Shown: positions 62,752 through 64,000 of the stretch, piece by piece | How the letters are laid out: each line of letters opens with the position of its first letter | How positions within the stretch are numbered: position 1 is the first letter of the stretch | DNA from: Prochlorococcus sp. AG-402-M23 | GTDB lineage: Bacteria > Cyanobacteriota > Cyanobacteriia > PCC-6307 > Cyanobiaceae | DNA: 64,000 nt | NCBI GenBank assembly: GCA_003216575.1 | Contig: QCIR01000003.1 | Coordinates: forward strand, 7,623 to 71,622 | Direction of reading: 5' to 3' | Made by a program: the position numbers and the translations under genes | Notes under the pieces: model-generated | Database searches by the model: none | What the model was told of the DNA's origin: nothing | Seen by the model: the letters and a program-made list of their open reading frames with translations, nothing else

Positions 62752-63978
62752 ATGAGTAAATTGAGGTTCGATGTGGTAAGCCTTTTCCCAGAAGCATTTG
62801 AAAATTTTTTTAACCATGGACTTATAAAAAAGGCATTTGAAGAGAAGATTGCATCAATTCATATACACAATCCACGTGACCATGCAATAGATACTTATCG
62901 AAAAGTTGATGATGAACCATATGGAGGTGGCGCTGGAATGGTCTTAAAGCCCGAACCTTATTTTTCGATATTTGATCAAATTCAAAAGCTAAATAAAAAA
63001 AGGATACTTTTGATGACTCCACAAGGTAGAAAAATATCTCAATCTGATTTTTCTAGATGGTCAAAAGAAGATCAACTCATATTGATATGTGGAAGCTATG
63101 AGGGGTTTGATGAGAGGATTCGGTCTCTAGCTGATGAAGAAATTTCAATAGGAGACTTTGTTCTTACTGGTGGAGAGATTCCTGCAATAACTATTATTAA
63201 TGGAATAGTACGTTTATTGCCTGGAACTTTAGGCAGTGCAGAATCATTAGAAGAAGAAAGTCATAACGAGTTGCTTTTAGAACATCCTCAATACACACGA
63301 CCTTCAGAATTTAAAGGCATGAAAGTACCTGATGTCCTCCTAAGTGGTAACCATAAATTAATTAAAGAATGGAGGCAGAGGCAAAGAGAAATTAGGACGC
63401 AGTCCCGAAGACCCGATTTGTTCGAACTTTGGAAGCTCGACCAATTATCATTCGAGAAGACAAGTTCATTATTGAAAACTGAAGTGAGCTTACGAATAGG
63501 CAACGGTTATGACATGCACCGATTGGTTCCTGGTCGGCCTTTAATACTTGGCGGGGTCAAGTTAAACCATCCTGAAGGTTTAGGTCTTGATGGGCATAGT
63601 GATGCAGATGTTCTTACTCATGCAATTATGGATGCGATTTTAGGGGCATTATCTTTGGGTGATATTGGAAAGTATTTTCCTCCAGATGACCCTAAATGGA
63701 AAAATGCAGATAGTTTGATTCTTCTTGAACAGGTAATGGAATTAATTGAAAAGAAAGGTTGGCAAATTCAAAATATTGATTCAGTTATTGTTGCTGAAAG
63801 GCCCAAATTAAAGCCTTATATTGACTTGATGAAGGAGAAAATATCTAAAAAAATAGGAGTTGACATTAATGATGTAGGGGTTAAAGCAACTACAAATGAG
63901 AAATTAGGTGCTGAAGGAAGAGAAGAAGGTATATGTTGCCATGCAGTTGTTTTGATGAAAAGAGATGAAAACAAGTAG
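62752..63978 (+). CDS. trmD-ispF: Fused tRNA (guanine37-N1)-methyltransferase / MECDP synthase
   Basis: TrmD motifs [33 protein letters not shown], followed in frame by IspF motifs [28 protein letters not shown]. Confidence 0.94.
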   Translation: MSKLRFDVVSLFPEAFENFFNHGLIKKAFEEKIASIHIHNPRDHAIDTYRKVDDEPYGGGAGMVLKPEPYFSIFDQIQKLNKKRILLMTPQGRKISQSDFSRWSKEDQLILICGSYEGFDERIRSLADEEISIGDFVLTGGEIPAITIINGIVRLLPGTLGSAESLEEESHNELLLEHPQYTRPSEFKGMKVPDVLLSGNHKLIKEWRQRQREIRTQSRRPDLFELWKLDQLSFEKTSSLLKTEVSLRIGNGYDMHRLVPGRPLILGGVKLNHPEGLGLDGHSDADVLTHAIMDAILGALSLGDIGKYFPPDDPKWKNADSLILLEQVMELIEKKGWQIQNIDSVIVAERPKLKPYIDLMKEKISKKIGVDINDVGVKATTNEKLGAEGREEGICCHAVVLMKRDENK

Positions 63979-64000
63979 AAAGAAAAATTTTATCGAAAGA

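Overview
AT-rich, gene-dense stretch of a marine picocyanobacterial chromosome. The gene set and order (sodN/sodX, hli, trmD-ispF fusion, purC-bamA-lpxC-fabZ-lpxA-lpxB, ddl-ftsQ-ftsZ) fit Prochlorococcus, plausibly a low-light NATL-like lineage (inference, not searched). It is mostly core housekeeping: lipid A, tRNA modification, cell division, SRP, Clp protease, PDH, Ni-SOD. It also holds three tRNAs (Gly-TCC, His-GTG, Leu-CAA) and the SRP RNA ffs. The only accessory-looking part is about 18.6-22.8 kb: a 774-bp non-coding gap, HU, then small hypothetical genes including an hli and a stand-alone NdhF N-terminal fragment. I saw no integrase, transposase, prophage, CRISPR array or defence system. 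Best leads: (i) a repeated ~21-bp motif upstream of both HU and ftsZ; (ii) a tight MFS-mlaE-DUF3119-DUF3086-plsY operon that may be a lipid-trafficking unit; (iii) a mini-NdhF with an uncalled 37-aa membrane peptide just upstream; (iv) cbiB apparently needing a non-canonical start codon; (v) a perfect palindrome in front of sodN. These are hypotheses, and none is a demonstrated new system.
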